Of a stretch of DNA of 64,000 nt, positions 38,028 to 47,297 are shown piece by piece. The stretch is taken from the NCBI GenBank assembly GCA_964542445.1, contig CAZITY010000001.1, positions 42,485 through 106,484 on the forward strand, written 5' to 3'. Positions within the stretch are counted from its first letter, which is position 1; each line of letters opens with the position of its first letter. Under the pieces are notes generated by a model. The model was not told the origin of the DNA. It worked only from the letters and a program-made list of their open reading frames with translations, and did no database searches. The stretch comes from an uncultured Halobacteriales archaeon. Its GTDB lineage: Archaea > Halobacteriota > Halobacteria > Halobacteriales > Hikarchaeaceae. Position numbers and translations under genes: made by a program.

Positions 38028-38624
38028 ATGCCGGTTCGAGAGTGTTCTCCGGAAGAAGCGAAGGAAAAATTGGTGGCGGCAGGGGCGTCAATCGAATCCG
38101 GGAATTCAGAGTACGAACAATGGCGAGCAGAACTAGACGATGCAATTGCGATAGCGTATGATGATAAAATTGTTATTCAAGGAACGAATCCAGTCGCGAT
38201 CGATGCAGTATTACGGGAAAGCAAGGGGGGTCGATGTCATTTATATTTCGACGGTGCTTCTCGGGGGAATCCAGGACCGGCAGCAATTGGATGGGTGATT
38301 GTGACCGATGACGGAATCGTCGCGACAGGAAAGGAAACTATCGGGACGGCGACAAACAACCAGGCGGAATATGCAGCCCTACTTGCTGGTGTGAAAGCGG
38401 CGCGTTCCTATGGATACGATACAATTACAATCCGCGGGGATTCGGAATTAATTGTTAACCAAGTACGGGGAGAGTGGAACACGAATGATCCGCAGTTGCG
38501 AGAACACCGAGTGAATGTACGAGCAATCTTAGATTCGTTTGATGAGTGGTCGATTTCGCACGTTCCGAGAGAGCTAAACGAGAAGGCGAATAAGTTAGCT
38601 AACGAAGCTCTTGATGCCAGCTGA
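38028..38624 (+). CDS. rnhA: ribonuclease HI
   Basis: LYFDGASRGNPGPAAIGWVI...NNQAEYAALLAGV...IRGDSELIVNQ contains the DEDD catalytic motifs. The ATG at 38028 (MPVRECSPEE) is preferred to the track start 37977. Confidence 0.85.
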   Translation: MPVRECSPEEAKEKLVAAGASIESGNSEYEQWRAELDDAIAIAYDDKIVIQGTNPVAIDAVLRESKGGRCHLYFDGASRGNPGPAAIGWVIVTDDGIVATGKETIGTATNNQAEYAALLAGVKAARSYGYDTITIRGDSELIVNQVRGEWNTNDPQLREHRVNVRAILDSFDEWSISHVPRELNEKANKLANEALDAS

Positions 38625-39174
38625 ACTGCCAGATGATGTCGTGGACGAAGCGGTTGAGTTGAGTCAAAAAGCGCACCTTCCGAATTTTCCAACGGAGCGA
38701 TTTGAACAAGAGCGCGATGAGGTGCTTGCTAGGTATGGGTTTCGGGCACGGATTCGGGATGATGAATCGTTGGATCGCGTGCTTGTGTGTTACCCGGCGG
38801 AGTGGGTAACGGACGGTGAAGTTCGGGTTTCTCGTGTAGAAGATACAGGTCGAGCGGTTGAGCGACCCTTGTTCCAGACTGAAACGGATGAAGAATGGTC
38901 CGAAATCAATGCGCACAATCAAGCTGTGGTGGCTCGAATTCGCGAGGAGTATTCTGATGTCCACGGAGATAATGTGCAGGCGTTTTCAGATTTCATGAGT
39001 AATCATTATAAGCGTCGGATCGAGTCCGCATCAAATCGGGAATTAGAGGAATTTTTATCTGAGTATTTTCCGCGGAATGCTTGGCCATCGGATGCGCAGA
39101 AGCAGGTTATTGAGGAATCTCTCCGGATGGTTTTTACTGAAACTGATGCGTCGGTGCCGACAGTCCTAGACTAG
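38614..39174 (+). CDS. conserved protein co-transcribed with rnhA (rnhA operon protein)
   Basis: MPAELPDDVVDEAVELSQKAH... It overlaps the rnhA 3' end by 11 nt. It belongs to a conserved haloarchaeal family with no known function. Confidence 0.55.
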   Translation: MPAELPDDVVDEAVELSQKAHLPNFPTERFEQERDEVLARYGFRARIRDDESLDRVLVCYPAEWVTDGEVRVSRVEDTGRAVERPLFQTETDEEWSEINAHNQAVVARIREEYSDVHGDNVQAFSDFMSNHYKRRIESASNRELEEFLSEYFPRNAWPSDAQKQVIEESLRMVFTETDASVPTVLD

Positions 39175-39352
39175 CCACCAGTTCTCGATTGTCACTGCTT
39201 GGTTTTAATGACGATTACTCTTTGTCGGAGTTTGAGCCGGTGGAAGACGACTAAACACGAATTATGGTGAGAGGACTAACGCGCAAGTAGATTGATGTTG
39301 CGAGAAAGATGATGTCAAAACGGCTATTACGGCAGCTTTCAGACGTGTATTC

Positions 39353-39886
39353 ATGGTGAACCTTTGGAGCGATCTCGATACCGGTCCGGCGTCCCCGGAA
39401 GTAATTCACGCAGTTATCGAATGCATCAAGGGTGAACGGAACAAATACGAGTACGACAAGGATCTTCCTGGTGTTGTATTAGACCGTGTTCTGCATTCGA
39501 ATGTGCATTACCCGAGCGATTATGGATTTATTCCCCAAACGTGGTACGATGACGACGATCCTTTAGACGTCCTGGTTCTCGTTAAAGATGGAACGTTCCC
39601 GGGGTGCGTGATTGAAGCAAGACCTGTGGCGTTCATGAAAATGGATGACGACGGCGAACAAGATGACAAAGTAATCGCGGTGCCGACTGAGGATCCCCGG
39701 TACGATCATATTCAGGACCTTCCCGATGTTCCGAATCACCTCAGAGATGAAGTCGATGAATTTTTTGAAACATATAAAAACCTTGAGCCGGGGAAGGAAG
39801 TTGAGACGCTCGGTTGGGAAGATCGATCGGCTGCGTACGAGGCGATTGAACACAGTCAATCATTATATTCGGATAAATTCGAATAA
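39353..39886 (+). CDS. ppa: inorganic pyrophosphatase (family I)
   Basis: IECIKGERNKYEYDKD...YPSDYGFIPQTWYDDDDPLDVLVL is the PPase signature. Confidence 0.9.
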   Translation: MVNLWSDLDTGPASPEVIHAVIECIKGERNKYEYDKDLPGVVLDRVLHSNVHYPSDYGFIPQTWYDDDDPLDVLVLVKDGTFPGCVIEARPVAFMKMDDDGEQDDKVIAVPTEDPRYDHIQDLPDVPNHLRDEVDEFFETYKNLEPGKEVETLGWEDRSAAYEAIEHSQSLYSDKFE

Positions 39887-40014
39887 CAATAACCCGTGAT
39901 GTCTCTGTATGTCTTCTTCGAGCACAGCAATAACTTATTTCGTGTATCGCTCGATTATTGTAGGTTGAAATAAGAAACTGAAGATTCTTGTAGTGGGTGG
40001 GGTTAATCGCCCCC

Positions 40015-41358
40015 ATGGGGCTATTTGATCGTTTACGAGGAAAAAGTGGGCCGAGAGTGGTTTTTCTCGGGATCGATGGGGTGCCTTTTCACCTAATTAC
40101 AGACCACCCGTCACAGTTTCCGAATCTAACAAGAATAATTGAGCGGGGGAGTGCAGGACCACTGGAGAGTATCATTCCCCCCGAATCAAGTGCGTGTTGG
40201 CCAAGCCTCACGACGGGCGTAAATCCAGGGAAAACCGGTGTGTATGGATTTCAAGATCGTGAAATTGGATCTTATGATACGTACATTCCAATGGGTCGTG
40301 ATGTACAAGCGACCAGGATTTGGGATCGAGTGCATGAAGCGAATCGAGAAGCTTCGGTGCTAAATGTGCCAGTGAGTTTTCCACCGCAACGAAACGTTCA
40401 ACGGATGGTGTCAGGGTTTTTATCGCCGGGGGTCGAGAAAGCTTCGTATCCAACTGATGTATCCGAATACTTGCAATCGATCGATTATAAAATCGATGTG
40501 AACGCTAAACTCGGGCACGATGAAGACAAAGCTGAGTTCATAGAGGATGCGAATGAAACGCTTTCGAGGCGGCATTCGGCGTTTTCGCACTATCTTACAG
40601 CTGACGATTGGGATTTATTTTTCGGGGTGTTTATGACGACCGACCGGGTCAATCACTTCTTATTTCGGGATTACGCTGAGGAAGGAAGGTATTACGAGGA
40701 GTTTTTGGATTTTTATTCCACCTTAGATGAATATATCGGAGAGTTAGCAGAATCGCTTGCGGATGATGTTACGCTTATTGTAGCATCGGATCATGGGTTC
40801 ATGCCATTGAAGTATGAAGTGAATTGTAATCAGTGGCTCCGCGAACACGATTGGTTATCATTTAGAACCGACGAGCCGGATGAATTGGATGACATAGCCA
40901 ATGAGACACGGGCATATTCGTTGATACCAGGTCGATTTTACATTAATCTTGACAGCCGAGAACCCCGGGGTTCAGTCCCGAGGGATGAATATGAATCGAC
41001 GCGGGATGAATTGAAATCTGAGTTACTGTCAATTGAGGGCCCTGATGGAACCCCGGTTTGTGAACGGGTTGTCGAAAAAGAAGACGCGTTTTACGGTGAT
41101 CATGACGATATCGCACCGGATTTAGTTGCGATACCGACCGCTGGGTTTGATTTGAAAGCTGGATTCAAGGACAAGGACACCGTGTTCGATACGGGCCCGC
41201 GGAATGGCATGCATTCATTTAGCGATGCCACGTTGATCATTGATGACGAGACGGCGACCGTAGAGAACTGTAATCTCTATGACATTGCGCCAACTATTCT
41301 AGATCTCCTGGAGATAACGTACGATGACACTGAATTCGACGGAAAAAGTTTAATCTAA
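40015..41358 (+). CDS. alkaline phosphatase superfamily protein (type I phosphodiesterase/nucleotide pyrophosphatase-like)
   Basis: VVFLGIDGVPFHLI...SIIPPESSACWPSLTTG...VASDHGF are AP-superfamily metal-site motifs. The ATG at 40015 is preferred to the GTG at 39997. Confidence 0.7.
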   Translation: MGLFDRLRGKSGPRVVFLGIDGVPFHLITDHPSQFPNLTRIIERGSAGPLESIIPPESSACWPSLTTGVNPGKTGVYGFQDREIGSYDTYIPMGRDVQATRIWDRVHEANREASVLNVPVSFPPQRNVQRMVSGFLSPGVEKASYPTDVSEYLQSIDYKIDVNAKLGHDEDKAEFIEDANETLSRRHSAFSHYLTADDWDLFFGVFMTTDRVNHFLFRDYAEEGRYYEEFLDFYSTLDEYIGELAESLADDVTLIVASDHGFMPLKYEVNCNQWLREHDWLSFRTDEPDELDDIANETRAYSLIPGRFYINLDSREPRGSVPRDEYESTRDELKSELLSIEGPDGTPVCERVVEKEDAFYGDHDDIAPDLVAIPTAGFDLKAGFKDKDTVFDTGPRNGMHSFSDATLIIDDETATVENCNLYDIAPTILDLLEITYDDTEFDGKSLI

Positions 41359-41458
41359 CTTTCTGATCTGCGGCTTTTCTACAAATATCAGCGATTAAAC
41401 CGGGTTTGGGGGTGATTGAATGTGATATATCCTTGTATGTGGACCCATTACGTTGCGT

Positions 41459-41893
41459 ATGTCGGTTCTTGAGCTCGACATCTGTCCCGGAAATTCTCCT
41501 GAGGAATTATATCAGAGATATTTGGATGAGTTACAATCGATACTCCAGTCTACAAATAGTACTGAACAGCTTGCAGAAACCCAGCTTGCTGAGGACCTCA
41601 TTACTGATGTCGTTGAGGGGAATGAAGTATCGTTAACGCTTTCAGAAGTTGTAGAAATTTGGGCGTGTCAATCGGAGGCCCTCGACCCTGATCAGTTGTT
41701 AACCGAAACTAGGCATGATCTACTGCTTTCTATGTCGAATGCGATCACGAATATCGACGCTCTCGCAGGTGATATCGACGCCGACTTGAGCCCAAACGAA
41801 ATTCAAGCGAAACTTGAGGGTCGATTGCCACTAACCTTGTACGAATTTGCCGTGTTCAAGCAGTATTTTGTTGACTGGAGTGACGGACAGTGA
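41459..41893 (+). CDS. conserved haloarchaeal hypothetical protein
   Basis: MSVLELDICPGNSPEELYQRYLDELQ... is acidic and I recognise no motif. The track start 41453 is a TTG. Confidence 0.45.
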   Translation: MSVLELDICPGNSPEELYQRYLDELQSILQSTNSTEQLAETQLAEDLITDVVEGNEVSLTLSEVVEIWACQSEALDPDQLLTETRHDLLLSMSNAITNIDALAGDIDADLSPNEIQAKLEGRLPLTLYEFAVFKQYFVDWSDGQ

Positions 41894-42774
41894 GATGTGG
41901 TATCATCGGATGTGGGTACGTTGGGACTGAACTCGCGTGGCAATTAGCAACGAATGGTCACGAAGTAATTGGGGTTCGACGATCATGCTCTGGTGTCACG
42001 AAACTACAGGATTCAGGTTATCAGGCTATTCAAGCTGATGTCACAGATGCTGACTCGCTCAATGCATTACCCCCGGTGGACTGTATTGTGTATGCAGTGA
42101 GTCCCGGCCGGACCGATGATCAAACTGCAAAGGATGTCTATCACACCGGACTCAAAAATACACTTCAACAAGTGTTACAAAGTACCGATCCACCAAATCG
42201 GTTTTTTTATACTTCAAGCACGGGGGTCTACGGAAATCACGATGGTGACTGGGTCGATGAATCTACTGGACTTGAACCTACTAGCGATCGACAGGCGGTA
42301 CTGATTGATGCCGAAACAATGGTCTTCGAACAAACAAACCCGACTACCACTAGTGGTACAATCATTCGACTGGGCGGGATATACGGTCCCAATCGACACC
42401 GCCTCCAATCGTATCTAGATGGGCCCGTAACCACAAGATACACTAATTTGATCCATCGTGAGGACGCTGCAGGAATCATCCGATTTCTCATAGAAACACA
42501 CCAGGGTCAAGATGAAATCGTGAATGGTGTGGATGACAGCCCGGTGTCTAAATGGGATATTGCACAATGGATAGCAGAATCCCGCGGGGAGACTCCACCG
42601 AAAAAACAATCGATATCAGACAGGTTACAAACCATCGACAACCCCGTCCGACGTGATCGAATAGCGGCGAATAAACGGTGTTCTAATAAGAAATTATTGG
42701 AGTTCGGGTATCAATATAAGTATCCAACCTACCGGGACGGATACGCGGATATAATTACGAGTTATTCTTCGTAA
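41890..42774 (+). CDS. NAD(P)-dependent epimerase/dehydratase-like (extended SDR) protein
   Basis: MRCGIIGCGYVGTELAWQL is the Rossmann GxGxxG. Its GTG start overlaps the upstream stop (GTGA). Confidence 0.7.
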   Translation: MRCGIIGCGYVGTELAWQLATNGHEVIGVRRSCSGVTKLQDSGYQAIQADVTDADSLNALPPVDCIVYAVSPGRTDDQTAKDVYHTGLKNTLQQVLQSTDPPNRFFYTSSTGVYGNHDGDWVDESTGLEPTSDRQAVLIDAETMVFEQTNPTTTSGTIIRLGGIYGPNRHRLQSYLDGPVTTRYTNLIHREDAAGIIRFLIETHQGQDEIVNGVDDSPVSKWDIAQWIAESRGETPPKKQSISDRLQTIDNPVRRDRIAANKRCSNKKLLEFGYQYKYPTYRDGYADIITSYSS

Positions 42775-42810
42775 AGAAGGTACTTACCTTAGCCCTCACA
42801 CTATCGTCAT

Positions 42811-43974
42811 ATGCCACGTCTCGGAGGAGTACAAGCGCAATTAACGGACCTCCTTACCACGATTGAGGTCCGTTATGTGGCTATCGGGACTGGGCTCTTG
42901 GTAATTGGAATTCTACTTTTTTACTGGGTTTGGAGACTCCTCCAACCGACTCCTAGAGGGGAACAATTCACCTCACTACTTTCTAAGATCGATAGCGGCA
43001 CCATCCTAATGCATACGAATCCTGATCCAGACGCAATGGCCTCTGCTGTCGGGGTCGCGTTCATCGGTAAATTGACAGGAACTGAGTTAGATATCAAGTA
43101 TCCGGGCCAAATTCGACATCAAGAAAACCGCGCATTCCGAACGGTGCTCGATCTTGAACTGACTCATATTTCCTCTGCGGAAGACTTATCGAACGAACCA
43201 GTCATTCTCGTTGATCATAACGCTCCCCGAGATCTCGGAGGCAGCCAAAACATCACGCCGACCGCCATCATTGATCATCATCCAAACGGAGATTCGCCCG
43301 GCGAATTCGTTGACATTCGTCCTGAATACGGAGCCACAGCTAGTATCATCACTGAATACTGTGAAGAACTCGGGATCGAAGCAACTACTGAGGACGACCC
43401 TGAAGATGACGCTACGACAGTTTTGCCGACAACGATCGCCACCGGTTTGATGTACGGTATCTTATCTGACACAAACCGGTTAACTCGGGGCTGTTCACCA
43501 GGTGAATTCAACGCGTGTTCCTATTTGTTTCCAGCTGTGGATCAAGATATGCTTGACCGTATCACTAATCCCGAAGTGGATGCAGAGATTCTTGATATAC
43601 GCGCATCCGCAATCACCAATCGTGAAATCCGTGGCCCGTTCGGAATTAGTGACGTGGGAACGGTTTCGAATGTCGATGCGATTCCTCAGGCCGCGGATGA
43701 GTTACTCAAATTAGAGGGGATTACCGCCGTGATCGTGATTGGAGAAAAAGAGGACACGATATATCTTTCTGGCCGATCCCGGGACGATCGCGTCCACATT
43801 GGGAACATTCTTCATAAGGTCATCGAGGACATCCCAATGTCGACTGCTGGCGGGCACGCGCAAATGGGTGGCGGCCAAGTGTCAGTCACTCATCTCGAAG
43901 GCTTACGCCCGGAATCTGGTCTTACCCGAGACGAGTTTATCGACGAACTCTTCACTGGATTATCAGAATATTAA
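42811..43974 (+). CDS. DHH family phosphoesterase with N-terminal TM segment
   Basis: ILMHTNPDPDAMAS (DHH motif I/II), IIDHHP (DHH), and GGHAQMGGG (DHHA1 GGGH-like). Confidence 0.75.
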   Translation: MPRLGGVQAQLTDLLTTIEVRYVAIGTGLLVIGILLFYWVWRLLQPTPRGEQFTSLLSKIDSGTILMHTNPDPDAMASAVGVAFIGKLTGTELDIKYPGQIRHQENRAFRTVLDLELTHISSAEDLSNEPVILVDHNAPRDLGGSQNITPTAIIDHHPNGDSPGEFVDIRPEYGATASIITEYCEELGIEATTEDDPEDDATTVLPTTIATGLMYGILSDTNRLTRGCSPGEFNACSYLFPAVDQDMLDRITNPEVDAEILDIRASAITNREIRGPFGISDVGTVSNVDAIPQAADELLKLEGITAVIVIGEKEDTIYLSGRSRDDRVHIGNILHKVIEDIPMSTAGGHAQMGGGQVSVTHLEGLRPESGLTRDEFIDELFTGLSEY

Positions 43975-44042
43975 CGACCCGAGATTGCTATTTCCAAAGA
44001 ACCGACACTGGTTTTAGGACCGTGACCTGTACGGTTTACGTA

Positions 44043-45143
44043 ATGGAGTTCGTCCAGGAGAAAATTACGACTCTCCACGACCTAACCGGGTTTGTTCCAT
44101 CTGTAAATCTTGATGATGTTGCGGTCATAATCCCAATGACCGAACGGGATTATGCGACGTTAGCCACCGAGCAAATGTTAACGGAACTCGAATCGGTCGC
44201 GCCTGCAACAGTAATTATCGCGTTACGCGCTGGTGAAACCCAGATCCCTTCCTATCACAACTGGTTGACCGGATTTGATCTTCCCCTTGAAGTATTGTGG
44301 TGTAATGCACCATCAGTAAACGAACTTCTCGATACTCATGGCCTCAAAGGAGCTCCAGGAAAAGGACGTGATCTTTGGTTAGCGATTGGGTTAGCAGCAG
44401 ATTCTCACCGATACATCGTGTGTCACGACGCGGATACAGAATCGTATTCTCGATCCTACGTGGAACGAATTGTTTATCCATTGACCCGGGGGTACACGTT
44501 CTCAAAAGGATATTATGCCAGAGTAGAAGATAAACAACTCTACGGCCGATTGTTCCGATTACTATATGCTCCATTACTCACTGCCCTTCGCAGACTCCAC
44601 CCAACGGAACCACTCATTCAATATTTGGCTGCGTTTAGATACGCGCTTGCAGGTGAATTCGCCACCACGGCCACATTAATCCAACAGTTACCATTCGAAC
44701 GCCGGTTTGGACTAGAGGTCGGGACGATTGGGGGCGCCTACACCCAAGCAGGATTCGAGAAAACTGCCCAGGTCGACCTCGGAGAATACAAACACGATCA
44801 TCGCGCCGTAGGGGGGCCTACTGGCCTCGCTGATATGAGTAAAGAAATCGTCGCCGCAGTATTCCGAACCCTTGCCGACAACGACATCTCAATTGACTAC
44901 GAGACAATTCGAGCCGAATACCTGGCCACTGGCCGTACCCTCATCCACCAATACGAAACTGATGCAGCCTACAATTCGCTCCAATTCGACCCAGATGATG
45001 AACGCCAACAACTCCACACCTATGTCGACGCTATTGAACCGCTCGGCGCAGATGATCGGTTACCGTCTTGGAATGAAACTACCCTCGATCCTGCTATCAT
45101 AAACGAACACGCACAATCAGCCTTAGACGAGGCAACCTCGTAA
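44043..45143 (+). CDS. glycosyltransferase, glucosyl-3-phosphoglycerate synthase-like (GT81-like)
   Basis: VAVIIPMTERD..., and PGKGRDLWLAIGLAADSHRYIVCHDADTESY resembles the GKGEALW...DxD block of GpgS/MpgS enzymes. The ATG at 44043 gives MEFVQEKITTLHDL. Confidence 0.6.
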   Translation: MEFVQEKITTLHDLTGFVPSVNLDDVAVIIPMTERDYATLATEQMLTELESVAPATVIIALRAGETQIPSYHNWLTGFDLPLEVLWCNAPSVNELLDTHGLKGAPGKGRDLWLAIGLAADSHRYIVCHDADTESYSRSYVERIVYPLTRGYTFSKGYYARVEDKQLYGRLFRLLYAPLLTALRRLHPTEPLIQYLAAFRYALAGEFATTATLIQQLPFERRFGLEVGTIGGAYTQAGFEKTAQVDLGEYKHDHRAVGGPTGLADMSKEIVAAVFRTLADNDISIDYETIRAEYLATGRTLIHQYETDAAYNSLQFDPDDERQQLHTYVDAIEPLGADDRLPSWNETTLDPAIINEHAQSALDEATS

Positions 45144-45215
45144 ACAGTCTGTCCTACAAACCCGAGTGATGAATTCCCGATATGCTAAATACCCAGGGTA
45201 CACTAACAGTCATGT

Positions 45216-45797
45216 ATGGAGTTATCGCGGGCGGCCGATTATTCACCCTCCCGTATTTACGACGAACCGCGAGACGCCGCCGTTTTAGTCCCTGTAACCT
45301 ATCGAGATCAACTCCCGTACCTCCTCTTTACAAAACGGTCAGAAGAACTGGGAAATCACCCAGGCCAAATGAGTTTTCCTGGTGGCGGCCGAGAACCTGA
45401 CGATGACTCATTGGTAAACACGGCCATCCGAGAAGCCAACGAAGAAATCAGTTTGAATCCCAACGAAGTGACTTTGATCGGTCAATTAGATGACATTCGA
45501 ACTGGTTCTGGATATTCAATAACTCCGTTCGTAGCTGAAATTCCAGACCGGAACTATCATCCTGATGAACGCGAAGTGGCAGAGATAACAAAACTTCCAC
45601 TCACGGGAATAACAGATCCAGATAATTATGAGGCAGAACCCCGATCAACCCCCCGCGATGGGGACATAGTTATTCATTATTTCCACGTCAATGGATTTAC
45701 GGTCTGGGGAGCAACAGGTCGGATACTCGTCCAATTGTTAGAGCTCACGACTGAATGGACCGTCCCAGAACTATCCGACATAGCACATTCTGACTGA
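45216..45797 (+). CDS. NUDIX hydrolase, CoA pyrophosphatase-like
   Basis: LLFTKRSEELGNHPGQMSFPGGGREPDD...AIREANEEISL is a Nudix box preceded by the LLTxR...HxGxxxFPGG CoA-ase motif. Confidence 0.75.
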   Translation: MELSRAADYSPSRIYDEPRDAAVLVPVTYRDQLPYLLFTKRSEELGNHPGQMSFPGGGREPDDDSLVNTAIREANEEISLNPNEVTLIGQLDDIRTGSGYSITPFVAEIPDRNYHPDEREVAEITKLPLTGITDPDNYEAEPRSTPRDGDIVIHYFHVNGFTVWGATGRILVQLLELTTEWTVPELSDIAHSD

Positions 45798-45874
45798 TCC
45801 GAAAGATCAGTTCTGGCTGGAACGATATCCTTTTGAACTGATCAACGAATCAACAACCAATACGTGGTCGTAGT

Positions 45875-46633
45875 ATGACGCAACTCGAAGTAATCGGTGA
45901 GGTAGGATTCGACGCGCTCGCAGTCAAACCCCGTGACACTGATCTCTCCCAAATCCCCTCCACCCCCGTGAATAACGTGGTCATTGATTTCGAGGGACGC
46001 GAACATTACCCCTCGAACACAACGATCCGATCACTTCAAGAAACCACGAATCTCAGAGTAACACTCCCCATACGCGTAGATGGGTTCGATCCCCTTGGGA
46101 ACCGAGAATATCTCGATTCAATCCCACCCGAAACAAAGGTTGTACTCGTCGCCGGTAACCCGGCCTACTTAACAGAAAACGAGTTAGATCGATCCATCGC
46201 CCCCAGAATCGGAACAGCTGTAGACAAGTTTGCTAACGCGTGGATCGGGACCGAAGGGATTCCCCTCATCGCTCTCGCCACTACCGCTCCCCTATTTTTC
46301 TTGCTCTCTCCACAATCCAAACGCACCATACAACAAATACGATCAGTTGGCTACGAAGGTACGATTGCCGTCTACGCACCAACGCTGATAACAGAAGATA
46401 CCGATACTCTTCTCGAAACCCTCGGTCCGTATACACTGCGACGGGATCCTGTCCGTCACAAACTCGAATCAACGTCACTATCGTCACTTAATCCGGAAGA
46501 CCAGGAAATTCTCATACGAGAAACACAGAAATACGCCCTCACTGGTTCCGTCTCAGCAATCAATTCCCAAATCTCCCACCTCAAAAACCATGGTGTTGAC
46601 AAAGTAGTGAGTTACCTCCCCACTGGCTTGTGA
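45875..46633 (+). CDS. conserved hypothetical protein
   Basis: 252-aa acidic ORF filling the interval. The C-terminal ...ALTGSVSAINSQISHLKNHGVDKVV faintly recalls the C-termini of luciferase-like TIM-barrel proteins. I cannot make a firm assignment. Confidence 0.45.
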   Translation: MTQLEVIGEVGFDALAVKPRDTDLSQIPSTPVNNVVIDFEGREHYPSNTTIRSLQETTNLRVTLPIRVDGFDPLGNREYLDSIPPETKVVLVAGNPAYLTENELDRSIAPRIGTAVDKFANAWIGTEGIPLIALATTAPLFFLLSPQSKRTIQQIRSVGYEGTIAVYAPTLITEDTDTLLETLGPYTLRRDPVRHKLESTSLSSLNPEDQEILIRETQKYALTGSVSAINSQISHLKNHGVDKVVSYLPTGL

Positions 46634-46677
46634 CGGAAACCCCAATCTCCGCAAAACTGACTTTCGAATGTATGCTA

Positions 46678-47049
46678 TCAGTTGTTACAGGACCGTTTCG
46701 GTAATTCAACCCTTACCGATCCATCGTCCTGAAGAATCGCAGTAGCAGCCTCTGGATCGACATCCGAATTTGCCGGCAATGACGCCTCTCCTTCTAACCC
46801 ATCTCGACTTGACACGCGTCGATGATGCGCAGACGACTCTCGGGCCAACCAAACCGACACCCGACCACCCCTATACGACACATTGATATTTTCTTTCGAA
46901 ACATCTGGCACATCGAACACAACGATAAATTTCTCTGATTCTTCGCTGATTTCCTTGGCTTCCGGGGTCGAATGCAAAAACCGTCTAGTGGTTTCAGAAA
47001 TCCGCCCAACCACCCCGAGTTTCAACCGTGAATACCCCTCTCGTAACAT
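46678..47049 (-). CDS. Hsp20/alpha-crystallin-like small protein
   Basis: EKFIVVFDVPDVSKENINVSYRGGRVSVWL...AILQDDGSVRVELPKR is an ACD-like beta-sandwich pattern. Confidence 0.55.
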   Translation of the reverse strand: MLREGYSRLKLGVVGRISETTRRFLHSTPEAKEISEESEKFIVVFDVPDVSKENINVSYRGGRVSVWLARESSAHHRRVSSRDGLEGEASLPANSDVDPEAATAILQDDGSVRVELPKRSCNN

Positions 47050-47051
47050 CC

Positions 47052-47210
47052 CTAGACAATGATTTCCTCAAGTGATTCCGTTGACCCGCAATACGGGCAT
47101 TGAAAATCAGTAATACCTACACTATCCGGCATGTCATAAGTGTAGTGAAGCTCGAACATATCTAGTTCACATCCATCGTTTGAGCATTTCACTTCCCGTG
47201 TCGCAGGCAT
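47052..47210 (-). CDS. small zinc-finger protein (CPxCG-type micro-protein)
   Basis: MPATREVKCSNDGCELDMFELHYTYDMPDSVGITDFQCPYCGSTESLEEIIV contains CxxxC...CPxCG. Its stop lies 2 nt upstream of the Hsp20-like start. Confidence 0.5.
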   Translation of the reverse strand: MPATREVKCSNDGCELDMFELHYTYDMPDSVGITDFQCPYCGSTESLEEIIV

Positions 47211-47297
47211 ACCTAGACCTAGGGAGAGAAACAAATACGGTTTTCGTCTTTTCCCAAAGACCCATGTGGTTTTCTATACCGAGAAACTAATGCCACT

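Noticed and set aside
39887-40014. C/D-box sRNA idea (GTGATGT near 39897 and CTGA near 39978) in the ppa / phosphodiesterase spacer
   Set aside because: The C box is imperfect, no C'/D' pair or terminal stem is evident, and the spacing of ~80 nt is long for archaeal C/D sRNAs.
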